A stretch of 64,000 bases of DNA from Nitrospirota bacterium (GTDB lineage: Bacteria; Nitrospirota; UBA9217), in contig CAWBNQ010000014.1 of assembly GCA_963790205.1 (NCBI GenBank), positions 224,001-288,000 on the forward strand, in the 5' to 3' direction. Below the pieces are notes generated by a model, which saw only the letters and a list, made by a program, of their open reading frames with translations, made no database searches and was not told where the DNA came from. Made by a program: the position numbers and the translations under genes. The first letter of the stretch is position 1. Each line of letters begins with the position of its first letter. Positions 28,990 through 38,499 of the stretch are shown piece after piece.

Positions 28990-31083
28990 TTACTTGTGCT
29001 TTTCGTGCTCGATGATCCTGGTAACCGCTCCGGCAAAAGAGACTTTAGGGTTCCAGTTTAATTTGTTCACAATTTTTGAATTATCATATCTGATATTTCT
29101 TTGAGACGAAACCAGTCTATAACGCGTCAGAAACGGTTTCCTTTTCAGAGCGCTGAACAGGACTTCCTGACACCAAATAATAAAATACAGCAGACTGTAG
29201 GGAAAATAAAATTTCCACGCTTTAGGGTACAGCTTCTTTATCAGTTGCTGCATGTAATTTCTCTTTGTGATCTTATCACTGTCCACTACATTAAAGATCT
29301 GGTCATTGGCTTGCTCGCTCTGAATGCTCTTGATGATCGCTTCTACAAAATTGTCTATGTATACAAAAGGCAGCTCAAACTTCCCATTACCTATAACGAT
29401 AAAAGCCCTGCTAAAAAGTGAAAATCCCATCATTGGAGAGAAGAGGTCCCCTCCCGGGCCATAAATGGTCCCCGGCCTCAGGACCACGACAGGCAGCTTC
29501 CCGGCCTTCATCGCTTCTATGACAAAACCCTCGGCCGTCTGCTTTGATGCGGAGTACGCTCCCCTTCTTTCGGGGAATCTTTCGAGCGACGAATCTTCGT
29601 TCACAAGCTGGTCCGTCTTATAATCCGAGACGCCGTAGACGCTGCAGGAGCTAACGTACACAAGCTTCTTGATCTTGAGCTTCTCGCTCATTTCTATCAC
29701 GTTCCGGGTCCCCTGGAGAGTAGCTGTATCGCAGTCTCTCTGATTTCCGCTCGTGCCCGCAGCCGCATGAACGACTATGCCGATCCCTTTGAAAGCCTGC
29801 TCCAGCGATGTTTTATCAGCAACATCGCCATAGAATATCTCAACTCCCATTTTTTTCAGAGGTCCTATATTCGAGAGCTTTCTGGCCAGCACTCTTACGG
29901 GATAGCCTTCCGCAACCAGCTGCCCGATAAGTCGTTTTCCCAAAAACCCGGTCCCTCCGGTAACAAGGACCTTTTCAGGGTGTTTAATCGGATAGAGATA
30001 GGGCTCCTGAACTATAGGCTCGAAATTGAGCGGTTTTATCTCGATCTGCTTCCAGATCTCATCCATGGTTCTGATGACAAGCAAAGCCTGCTCCTTCGAA
30101 ACCGGGAGCGCAGTGTTCTTTTCGACCGACTCGTAAAATTTATGTATCAGAATCTTCATGCCCTGGTAGGGTTTCAGTTTACCCCGTATGAAATTTATGA
30201 CGTTGGCTGTGGTGCTCTTGAAAAGCTGCCAGCTTTCGGCGAGATTGTACGTCGCCTTCTGAGCAGCTTTGGGAAGTGAGCTTACAGGATGAGAGACCGT
30301 GGTCATGGTATTGATATCCACCTCGACCATCATCTTTGTTCCATAGATCCTGACAAAATGAAGGTGCGGGCGGGCAGCAAAGGAGAACGTCAATATTCCG
30401 AATGCTTTTTCGCCCTTGATGAGTATCCTGAGCTCATCTGGCATATCCTGAGGAAGAATACCGTGAGCTTGCTGCATCACCTTGATCTCTTGAGGCGTCC
30501 CCGTGTACTCGAGCAGGACATACAGAGGATGGGGCATGAAATCCTGATACACTCCTCCCGGGAGACTGTAAAGCCACGGGAGCACGTTAGGCGCAGGATA
30601 ATCGCGAAAGGCAGGAATCTGGGTATTCAGGCCGTAGTAACTCTCAACATTGATGACCTTGCCGAGTTGTCCGTCCCGGACAAAGGCATGCGCCTTGCTC
30701 ATGCAGGGATCGAAGAAATGGTTGTGCATTGTGCAGAGCTTGACCCCTTGCTTCTCGGCAACATCATAGAGCGCCTTTGCTTCTTCGAAGTTCAGGCCGA
30801 GGGGCTTCTCCACCAGCACGTGGCATCCCGATTCCATCGCCTCTTTGGCCAAGGCAAAATGGGTGCGGGGGGGAGTTAATATGTGGATTACTTCCGGGTT
30901 GGCCTTCTCGACCAATTCTCTGATGCTCGAAAATATTCCCTTTATGCCAAACTGAGATGCGCACTTTTGCGCCTTTTCAGCATCCCTATCAACAAGGCCG
31001 ATTATGTCTGCACCCTGATACGCCCTGGCAAAATTGACGTGGTAATCTGAATTTAATCCGCAGCCGACAATTCCTATCTTCAT
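28990..31083 (-). CDS. Gfo/Idh/MocA oxidoreductase fused to NAD-dependent epimerase/dehydratase
   Basis: IVGCG, HVLVEKP, D..PH; then VLVTGGTGFLG, YVSS, YSASK, LRPGTIYGP. Confidence 0.88.
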   Translation of the reverse strand: MKIGIVGCGLNSDYHVNFARAYQGADIIGLVDRDAEKAQKCASQFGIKGIFSSIRELVEKANPEVIHILTPPRTHFALAKEAMESGCHVLVEKPLGLNFEEAKALYDVAEKQGVKLCTMHNHFFDPCMSKAHAFVRDGQLGKVINVESYYGLNTQIPAFRDYPAPNVLPWLYSLPGGVYQDFMPHPLYVLLEYTGTPQEIKVMQQAHGILPQDMPDELRILIKGEKAFGILTFSFAARPHLHFVRIYGTKMMVEVDINTMTTVSHPVSSLPKAAQKATYNLAESWQLFKSTTANVINFIRGKLKPYQGMKILIHKFYESVEKNTALPVSKEQALLVIRTMDEIWKQIEIKPLNFEPIVQEPYLYPIKHPEKVLVTGGTGFLGKRLIGQLVAEGYPVRVLARKLSNIGPLKKMGVEIFYGDVADKTSLEQAFKGIGIVVHAAAGTSGNQRDCDTATLQGTRNVIEMSEKLKIKKLVYVSSCSVYGVSDYKTDQLVNEDSSLERFPERRGAYSASKQTAEGFVIEAMKAGKLPVVVLRPGTIYGPGGDLFSPMMGFSLFSRAFIVIGNGKFELPFVYIDNFVEAIIKSIQSEQANDQIFNVVDSDKITKRNYMQQLIKKLYPKAWKFYFPYSLLYFIIWCQEVLFSALKRKPFLTRYRLVSSQRNIRYDNSKIVNKLNWNPKVSFAGAVTRIIEHEKHK

Positions 31084-31096
31084 TTTTTTACTCCGG

Positions 31097-31786
31097 CTAT
31101 AGCAAAATATTTTTATACAGAATGAGTTTGAAATACTCTAAGAAGAGAGCCCATAAAGGAGGATAATCGTCCGATCCATAAATAAACACGCTTATCTTTT
31201 TATCCTTTAGGTACTTTGAAAAACATTCCCGTACCCTCATGGTATGATATGGTGAAGATACAAGGATCAAGACATTGTAACCCCTACTAATAACCTCCTG
31301 AGAAATTGTACGGGCCTCTCGCAGAGTGCCGAAGAAGCCGGACTTAAGAGACAACGGCTCTACATCCTCCTTTTTCACGCCGAGTTCCGCCAGTCTCTTA
31401 ATGGCCCATTCGTTGTTCGTTAAATTCCTCCCAAGTAAAGGATCATATTCCGTGATACCAGGCTCGCTGAGAATAAATATTTTTTGTGCTACGCTTTTTT
31501 TGTAAAGACCAGCGGCGGTCTTAAATCGATACTTTAGACTTTTCGGAGAACCTCCTAAAACGTAGATAACTTCTCTTGAGTCTGGGTGCGAGTTATTGAA
31601 ATCATCGGGCAAAGGGTTTGTGCTGGCGAGCCTTTCGACCAGCCAATAACTGAGTCCTCTATGTCCTGGGAAACTATCAAATGTTAAAAAAGACCATATA
31701 GTGAGAAAGGGAATAATAGTAATCCCCAAAAGGAGAGTAACCTTGCTTGCATTGTATTTTACCCGGTTCTTCAACTCAATGTTCAT
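31097..31786 (-). CDS. YdcF/DUF218 family protein
   Basis: N-terminal TM, YVLGG, R...AA.LY, GTLREA, LVSSPYHT.R, EYFK. Confidence 0.8.
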   Translation of the reverse strand: MNIELKNRVKYNASKVTLLLGITIIPFLTIWSFLTFDSFPGHRGLSYWLVERLASTNPLPDDFNNSHPDSREVIYVLGGSPKSLKYRFKTAAGLYKKSVAQKIFILSEPGITEYDPLLGRNLTNNEWAIKRLAELGVKKEDVEPLSLKSGFFGTLREARTISQEVISRGYNVLILVSSPYHTMRVRECFSKYLKDKKISVFIYGSDDYPPLWALFLEYFKLILYKNILL

Positions 31787-32088
31787 CTTTTACTATGTTG
31801 CAGCAAACCTTCAGAAATGGAGGACTCGAATCGACTCTTACACGAATATCCCTTTCAGGGAACAGTACAGAGAGCATCGTTTTTATCTTTCCATAAATTC
31901 ACAACAACGATAGCAGCCTATTTTGATTCATTGGTATAATAAATATTGCCCTTATTTAAAGCGCAGTTCTTTTAAACGTTTTTCGTTACCATCGGCTTAT
32001 CATGAACATTTATAGCTCTTTCCAAACCACGGTTTCCTAGAAGATTAATCTAGGAATAAGCGCTCGCTCAATAATGAGACAACCTCTT

Positions 32089-34227
32089 TCACTTTGAGAT
32101 TACCTCATTAACAACCGTTATGATTTTTTTGAAATGTTCTTCTGTAGAATACTTTATTGCTTTTTTCATGGCTTTCTCTCCCATTACCTTAGCCTTTTCA
32201 GGATTATTTAGAAGCAATAAAATTGCCTCTCTTAACGCAATTACATCATTAGGAGGGACAAACAAACCATCTTCATAATTGTTTATGTAATCAACAGCAC
32301 CTTCAGGGTCTGTAACTATTGTGGGTTTCCCTAACAGCATAGAATTTAAAAAGGTTTGTTGCCCGGCTGAACGTAACAAACCCGGAGCTAAAGCAACTAT
32401 ATTTATACTGCACTCTGCCATTTTTTTTAAGTATTCTTCTTCACTATAACCTCGTATATCAACATTATCGGGGAGAGAATCATCCGAGCATAATCTAAAC
32501 GTGGTGGATGCGATGACTACTTTAACAGGTAACCCTCGAACTGCTTCAATTAGAGTATTGTAATCCCTGTCAGAATTTCCTCCGCTAAAAATGTAACCAC
32601 CATCAATCGGTTTTATTTTATAATGTTCGGCATTAGTAGTATGATAAGGCACAAAAACAAATTTCTCTGAAGGCAGGCTAAATGTTTGTGAAAAGTCTTT
32701 GATTTCATGTTTTGCCCAAACGATATATCTATCAACTGACTTATTAATAATTTTAAAAATCACCTTCTTGAATTTATGTTTAAGAGTATTCAGATTTTTT
32801 GCCCATAGGCAATCGATCATTATGCAGTGGATCTTTCTAAAAGGCAACAAGGACTGCATGAGGGCGAACACAACGTCGCTTCTACCTGCGCCTAAAACTA
32901 TGCAATCAAAATTTTTTCTCATGGAATATAGACGAATTGCTAGTTTCAGTGACGAGAGCAGACCATTTCTCTCAAAAGGAAGACGAGTAGTTACCGATTT
33001 CCATGTAGGAGAAGCTTCCTGGCCTCCATGATTTGTCAATATTTTTAAACTTACTGTATATTTTTTTTGCATTACATAATTCCTTTTCTTGTTTATAGTT
33101 ATGAACAAATCTTCGTACTCCTTAATACATCGGTCTAAAGAATAATTATTTTTTGCCAGAGTTTTGGATTTTTGCCCCATTTTTTGCCTTAATGTTTCAT
33201 CTCTTAATAAAGCGAGTAGCACTTTTTTTAATCCCTCCACATCGTCGATATTAACTAAGAAGCCGTTCTCCCTTGGTATAATCACATCTTGGATTCCTTC
33301 TACGTGTGTCCCGACAACAGGAAGCCCTGCAGCCATGGCCTCAATTAAACTGATGGGTAGCCCCTCTTTAAACGAGGTCAGGCAAAAGATGTCCATAATA
33401 CTTAGCAGCTCCGGGATATCGGATCTATAGCCTAAAAACAATATTTTTTGATTTAACCCTTTTTCTACAACGAATTTTCTTATTTCAAGTTCCGAATTTT
33501 CCGGATCATATTTAAAACCCTGGCCAATCAGTAAAAGTTTTATGTTCTTACAATCTTTTATAAGTTCGTAAAAAGCTTCTAAAAGAAAAATGTGATTTTT
33601 TACTTTTTTTAGATTCGCGACAATCCCTATAATTCTTTCATGCTCGGCCAGGCCCAGCTCTTTCCTTAAAACAGATTTATCATTGTAATTTTCAAATGCT
33701 CTGAGGTTAACCCCGTTTTGGATAGTAAAGACCTTGCCATCACCTATGCCGAACTTATGCCGTATTTTTCTTGCAACTGTTGCATTGATTCCCACGGCTC
33801 CATCCGCGCAGTTCAATAAATAGGCTCCTATTTTCGCCCAATTCCAGGATATTTTTTCTATTTCCCATTCAGAATGTTCTGTGTATATAAGCTTTGCACG
33901 ATTCTTTATTTTGCATCCGTAAAATGCATAAATCATTGACATGAAGTGATGCGCATTTACAATATGGATGTTATTGGCCCGGATTATTTCTCCCATCTTC
34001 GCCATTGCGTTAAAATCAATTCTCTTCACTTTGGGGACATGATAAAGCGGGACATTTAGGTCCTGAAACTCCTTCAGAACTCTATCGCCGAAAAACCATG
34101 CTATGGAAGGATTAAATATATTACGATCTAATTTGAGTACTAAATTATGAACCAGGCGCTCTGATCCTCCCATTTCCATTTGCATAATTATGAAAAGAAT
34201 ATTTATCTTGTTAGTAATTTCTCTCAT
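32089..34227 (-). CDS. Double GT4 (GT-B) glycosyltransferase
   Basis: First unit: GGSE, NGV, KNH, EGLPISLIEAMAAG. Second unit: FSGG...RDYNTL, SAGQQTFLNSMLLGKP. Confidence 0.85.
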   Translation of the reverse strand: MREITNKINILFIIMQMEMGGSERLVHNLVLKLDRNIFNPSIAWFFGDRVLKEFQDLNVPLYHVPKVKRIDFNAMAKMGEIIRANNIHIVNAHHFMSMIYAFYGCKIKNRAKLIYTEHSEWEIEKISWNWAKIGAYLLNCADGAVGINATVARKIRHKFGIGDGKVFTIQNGVNLRAFENYNDKSVLRKELGLAEHERIIGIVANLKKVKNHIFLLEAFYELIKDCKNIKLLLIGQGFKYDPENSELEIRKFVVEKGLNQKILFLGYRSDIPELLSIMDIFCLTSFKEGLPISLIEAMAAGLPVVGTHVEGIQDVIIPRENGFLVNIDDVEGLKKVLLALLRDETLRQKMGQKSKTLAKNNYSLDRCIKEYEDLFITINKKRNYVMQKKYTVSLKILTNHGGQEASPTWKSVTTRLPFERNGLLSSLKLAIRLYSMRKNFDCIVLGAGRSDVVFALMQSLLPFRKIHCIMIDCLWAKNLNTLKHKFKKVIFKIINKSVDRYIVWAKHEIKDFSQTFSLPSEKFVFVPYHTTNAEHYKIKPIDGGYIFSGGNSDRDYNTLIEAVRGLPVKVVIASTTFRLCSDDSLPDNVDIRGYSEEEYLKKMAECSINIVALAPGLLRSAGQQTFLNSMLLGKPTIVTDPEGAVDYINNYEDGLFVPPNDVIALREAILLLLNNPEKAKVMGEKAMKKAIKYSTEEHFKKIITVVNEVISK

Positions 34228-34394
34228 GTAATCTTTTAAAGTTTATTACATATCCGGGTATCGCTAGCATTGAATGGTTTACAAGTGTCTCGCCATGCTG
34301 AGTGAAAAGATTCTCTCAAATCTAGAAAAAAACCTCAGGGCTCGCAACTATTCACGGCATATAACAACGATGTGCTCTTCGCCGTTTCCCTGAT

Positions 34395-35582
34395 TTATAA
34401 TTTTCGTTCCGTTCTTACCCACTTTTTCGTTCCTATGCCCAGTGCAGATAATAAGTCTATTCCTATTTTCCAGATTAAAAATAGCGGAGCGGCAAAAAGA
34501 GATAGAAGGTTTTTCAACTTGTTGCGAGTATACATTATCCCTACCATGAAAATAAAAACCTGCAACAGTATTAGTGATGAAAACCACAAGAGAAAATTAT
34601 AGTTATTCATGAATAATGCCGGTAAGGAGGATAAAATAAAGCCAATTATAGTGATATTCATACCTAATGAAGGATTCGGGAAAAGGAGTGGAAAAGAAGC
34701 ATCTATCTTTTTTAAATTTCTTTCAACCAACCCGCTAAAAAAAAGAGCAATGCCATATTCCCAGGCAACTGCAAATCTTCCACTGGACCATCGCATCCTT
34801 TGAGAAGTGGCTTGTTTTAGAGAAGTTGACTCCTGATGGTAGACACGGGCTTTGTTAGCAAATGCAACTGTCTCTCCTGCTTTAATAAGCTTTGCATAAT
34901 ATTCCCAGTCTTCACCGACAGTAAAAGCATCCCAGCCATACTTCATGAGTATATCGCTTGAGAAACACATTCCATTTCCCATCAGATATGAAGAAAGTCC
35001 GAGCTTTTGTTTGGCAGGATGATAGATTTCATTTCCAATGGTCCGTGATACATCCAGCAATCGAGTAAACCAGCTTTTGTCAGGATTAGCTACGCCATTA
35101 TAACATTGAATAATCTTCTTCCCACTTCTAAGAACCTTATCCAATTGCACGAGCAAATCTTTATTTATGATGCTATCGGCGTCGATAATAAAAATTGCAT
35201 CGTACTCGTTCATATTGATTCTTTCCAGAGCAAACTTGATAGCATACCCTTTGCCACGGTGCTGATCATCTTTTCTTTCTAAAACAAGCGCGCCGTTTTC
35301 AAGGCCGATCTTAGCAGTATGATCACTGCAGTTGTCCGCCACTATTATTGTTCTGACCATTCCGGAAGGATAACCTTGTTTGCTGATGCTCTTTAACAGT
35401 CTGTCTAATAAGAGTTCTTCATTGTGCGCAGGAATGATAATGCCAAATCTTATTTTGGCTGTAGGAAACGAAATGTCACTATCTTTTATAAAGAAATTCG
35501 CAAATAGTAGGATGAAGTCATAAAAAAGGTAGATGCTTACGTAAGCTCCTATGGGAATCAGCAAATAATAAACAAAAATCAT
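34395..35582 (-). CDS. GT2 membrane glycosyltransferase (processive-type motifs)
   Basis: IIPAHNEE, ADNCSD, IDADS, GED, QRMRW. Confidence 0.9.
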   Translation of the reverse strand: MIFVYYLLIPIGAYVSIYLFYDFILLFANFFIKDSDISFPTAKIRFGIIIPAHNEELLLDRLLKSISKQGYPSGMVRTIIVADNCSDHTAKIGLENGALVLERKDDQHRGKGYAIKFALERINMNEYDAIFIIDADSIINKDLLVQLDKVLRSGKKIIQCYNGVANPDKSWFTRLLDVSRTIGNEIYHPAKQKLGLSSYLMGNGMCFSSDILMKYGWDAFTVGEDWEYYAKLIKAGETVAFANKARVYHQESTSLKQATSQRMRWSSGRFAVAWEYGIALFFSGLVERNLKKIDASFPLLFPNPSLGMNITIIGFILSSLPALFMNNYNFLLWFSSLILLQVFIFMVGIMYTRNKLKNLLSLFAAPLFLIWKIGIDLLSALGIGTKKWVRTERKL

Positions 35583-35685
35583 GTTTTCCCCACATTTATG
35601 AAATCAACAATGTGGACCGCCGTACCTATCTATCGATACGGCAATCCAACGCGTTTTTTTTAACAGGTCCAAAAATGTTTATGGA

Positions 35686-36207
35686 TTACACACCAGTTGT
35701 AATATCACGAGGTAGCACAATATCACGAGTTAGCACAATATGCGGAGAGCTAGAAAAAAATGTTCCGCTTACCGGCAAATTTGACGCAGAACATTCGATT
35801 TTCTGCGGGAGGTGTCCATAATCAGGCGCAGACGGATTGGTCCAGTTTTTAGGTAGATCAAAGCTGGTGATTTGCCCCTCCCAATCATAACCAATGTGGT
35901 ATGTGTGAAAATGAAACATCTTATCACCAAAGCCCGGATGGGGGGGATCGGGTATAAATTCTAAATAAATCCACCCTGATTCACCACCGGATACTCCAAT
36001 CCTTTCAACAGCTACATACCACTCAGAAATTCTAAATTGATATTGCCCGTTCGGAAGTGGTTGACCAGGAGTAACTTGAACGGGTTGACCTGGCCCTCCG
36101 GCAGCCCAGGCTTGCAACTGCCGGGAAATTATCATGGTCGTCCGAATGACTCTTGGTGTGCCTGTGCTGTCCTTTACAGTTCCGCTGCCGTAATATAAAT
36201 GAGACAT
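35686..36207 (-). CDS. Hypothetical protein
   Basis: Strong AAGGAGG RBS and a 173-aa open frame; no recognised family. Confidence 0.6.
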   Translation of the reverse strand: MSHLYYGSGTVKDSTGTPRVIRTTMIISRQLQAWAAGGPGQPVQVTPGQPLPNGQYQFRISEWYVAVERIGVSGGESGWIYLEFIPDPPHPGFGDKMFHFHTYHIGYDWEGQITSFDLPKNWTNPSAPDYGHLPQKIECSASNLPVSGTFFSSSPHIVLTRDIVLPRDITTGV

Positions 36208-36394
36208 AGTTTATCCTCCTTATGCAGTGAGTGGTTAACGTGCTTGTTGTCTGGAAGGCCATACTAACCCAATCACGCAAATATCAGAAGATCCTCCTTA
36301 CCTTCAGTTGAAGAATAAGGATTCTTCAATACATATCACAAGCAGCGACTTGCTTTGTGTAAGGTGGTTTTTCTTATCCCCTGCCCTTCCAGTT

Positions 36395-37564
36395 CTAACT
36401 TGCAGCATTTTGGATTCTCATATTTAGATATTCATCCTCTATTTTTTTCGTCCAATCCTCTATGTTATATTTTGATTTTATTTTCTGTCGAGCTTCTCTG
36501 GAGAAACTCTTTCTTAAATTTTCATTCAAATAAAGAAGGCGTATAGCATCTTTAATATCTTGGGGCTTGCCTGGTGGCACGAGTATGCCGTTTTTTTCTG
36601 AATCTATCACCTGGGGTACGCCGCCTACTGCGGAAGCTACAACAGGCATTCCATACGCCATTGCCTCAAGGAGCGACATGGGGGTACCTTCAGTTAAAGA
36701 AGGCAAAACAAATATATCCATCGCAGACAGCCACTTCTCAATTTCACTTTGGAAGCCAACAAAAATAACATTATTTCCAATATTTGCTTTTTTAGCCAAA
36801 TCCTCCAACTCTTTCCTTTGTGGGCCTTCTCCAATTATTAATATCTTTACTGGCACATCAGATTCATTTAAATGCGAGGCCGCTTTGATAAGGTATTGGA
36901 CGCCCTTTTCTTCACTTAACCGACCGACATAACCAACAACAAAATCATGATCAGATAGCCCCAAGTTATGACGCCTCTCCAATCTCCTTTGGCTAGAGGA
37001 CTCCGTGCAGCTGCTTCCATTCACAGCATTTTGAATCGTTACAATACGTGTTTTTCTAATCCCTCTTTTACCTAAGTCATTTTTGATGCTGTCAGATACA
37101 GCTATGATTTTCTTGGCGAATCTCAAAGCGACACGGTCAAATAAATTATATAATTTTAAATTTCTATCAATCGAGACAAACCCATGACACGTGGATATAA
37201 CGGGAATACCTAAAATTTTTGCTGCCGGGATCCCTATGATATCTGCAAAATAGCCGTGAGTATGCACTAAATCGAATGACCCTTTTCTCAAAAAAGAATA
37301 AATCATTCTGTAGCATCGGAGAAGCCTGAAGTAATCCCTTCCTTTACTCCTAGGTTTTATGGCAACAGGTATTTTGTAAAGCTGATAGTCTTCTTTTTTT
37401 AATTCTTGAATAAAAAAGTTTTCCTGTTCCCATGGGCGGACTAAAAGCACTGGGGAAATGTAAAATTTATTTCGGTCTACTTTTTTCAAAAAAGTAAGGC
37501 TGACTTTTTCAGATCCTCCGAAATCAATTGAAGTAAATATGTATGCTATCTTCATCGGATTCAT
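36395..37564 (-). CDS. GT4 glycosyltransferase
   Basis: GGSE, VHTHG, VGRLSEEKG, EGTPMSLLEAMA. Confidence 0.92.
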   Translation of the reverse strand: MNPMKIAYIFTSIDFGGSEKVSLTFLKKVDRNKFYISPVLLVRPWEQENFFIQELKKEDYQLYKIPVAIKPRSKGRDYFRLLRCYRMIYSFLRKGSFDLVHTHGYFADIIGIPAAKILGIPVISTCHGFVSIDRNLKLYNLFDRVALRFAKKIIAVSDSIKNDLGKRGIRKTRIVTIQNAVNGSSCTESSSQRRLERRHNLGLSDHDFVVGYVGRLSEEKGVQYLIKAASHLNESDVPVKILIIGEGPQRKELEDLAKKANIGNNVIFVGFQSEIEKWLSAMDIFVLPSLTEGTPMSLLEAMAYGMPVVASAVGGVPQVIDSEKNGILVPPGKPQDIKDAIRLLYLNENLRKSFSREARQKIKSKYNIEDWTKKIEDEYLNMRIQNAAS

Positions 37565-37590
37565 AATAAATCTCTGCTTATAATTGGATC

Positions 37591-38454
37591 TTATTTCGTG
37601 GCGCGGAGAAGAAATTTATTCTGCGAATATCTTTCTGGGAATAGTTTCATGAATTGTTGATATGCTAAGATCATTTTTGACTTCATGCTCTCAGGCGCCT
37701 TTCCAAGATAATCATGAATGTCCTCATATTTTATATGTATGTCTTTGAATCCATTTTTCTCCAGAATTTTCTTCAGGTTCTTTGGGAAAAGAGCACGTTG
37801 GTTTTTTGAGATATTCTTGATACCGAAGGCAGGGTTGAGGACATTGAATCTGATGAATGAAATGGGGTCTAAGGCATTGACTTCAAACGCAACAAAATAT
37901 TTCCTGGTTACCCTGGATAGTTCTTTCACAATGTTATCAAGGGCTGTAAAGTGGTGGAGAATTAAAGAACAAAAACAGATATCAAATGCATTGTCCTTGA
38001 AGGGAAGCTGTTTAATATCTCCGCACAGGAATAAGACATCCTGATTTTCGTGTTCTGCCAATTTTTTTGCAGCGCGTAAGCCGTTTAACGAAATGTCAAT
38101 TGCAGTCACATCAAACCCCCTCTTGGTCAGATTAACACTGTGGTGGCCTCCACCGCATCCTACCTCTAGTACACTTCCCCTCTCAATGTTTTCCACAAAG
38201 TTGTAAATACGATCATGGCCATACACAATGCAATGTCCATCATCAAGCCCCTTGAGATCGGAAAACATATTTTCATAAAATTCCTTCTCAATAGCGAGAT
38301 TTTGTTCATTGTCCACACTCTTTAAATCAGGCAGCATGACGGGTATCCCGTCTTTTATTGAGTACGTTATATTACACTTTTCACAATGGAGCTTTTCCAT
38401 TATTTTAAGACTGCTTTTGCACTTTGGACAACGTATTCTTGCGTAGTCATTCAT
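37591..38454 (-). CDS. Trm112-like zinc finger + class I SAM methyltransferase
   Basis: CPKC...CEKC..Y.IKDGIPVM; VLEVGCGGG, LPFKDNAFD, LHH. Confidence 0.88.
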   Translation of the reverse strand: MNDYARIRCPKCKSSLKIMEKLHCEKCNITYSIKDGIPVMLPDLKSVDNEQNLAIEKEFYENMFSDLKGLDDGHCIVYGHDRIYNFVENIERGSVLEVGCGGGHHSVNLTKRGFDVTAIDISLNGLRAAKKLAEHENQDVLFLCGDIKQLPFKDNAFDICFCSLILHHFTALDNIVKELSRVTRKYFVAFEVNALDPISFIRFNVLNPAFGIKNISKNQRALFPKNLKKILEKNGFKDIHIKYEDIHDYLGKAPESMKSKMILAYQQFMKLFPERYSQNKFLLRATK

Positions 38455-38499
38455 TCTTATCCCCTTATATTAAATGTCAATTTTTGTCTTGATTTTTAA

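Noticed and set aside
31855..31932. Fragment AAIVVVNLWKDKNDAL resembling a GT2 N-terminus
   Set aside because: Too short and frame-broken to support a pseudogene call without a search.
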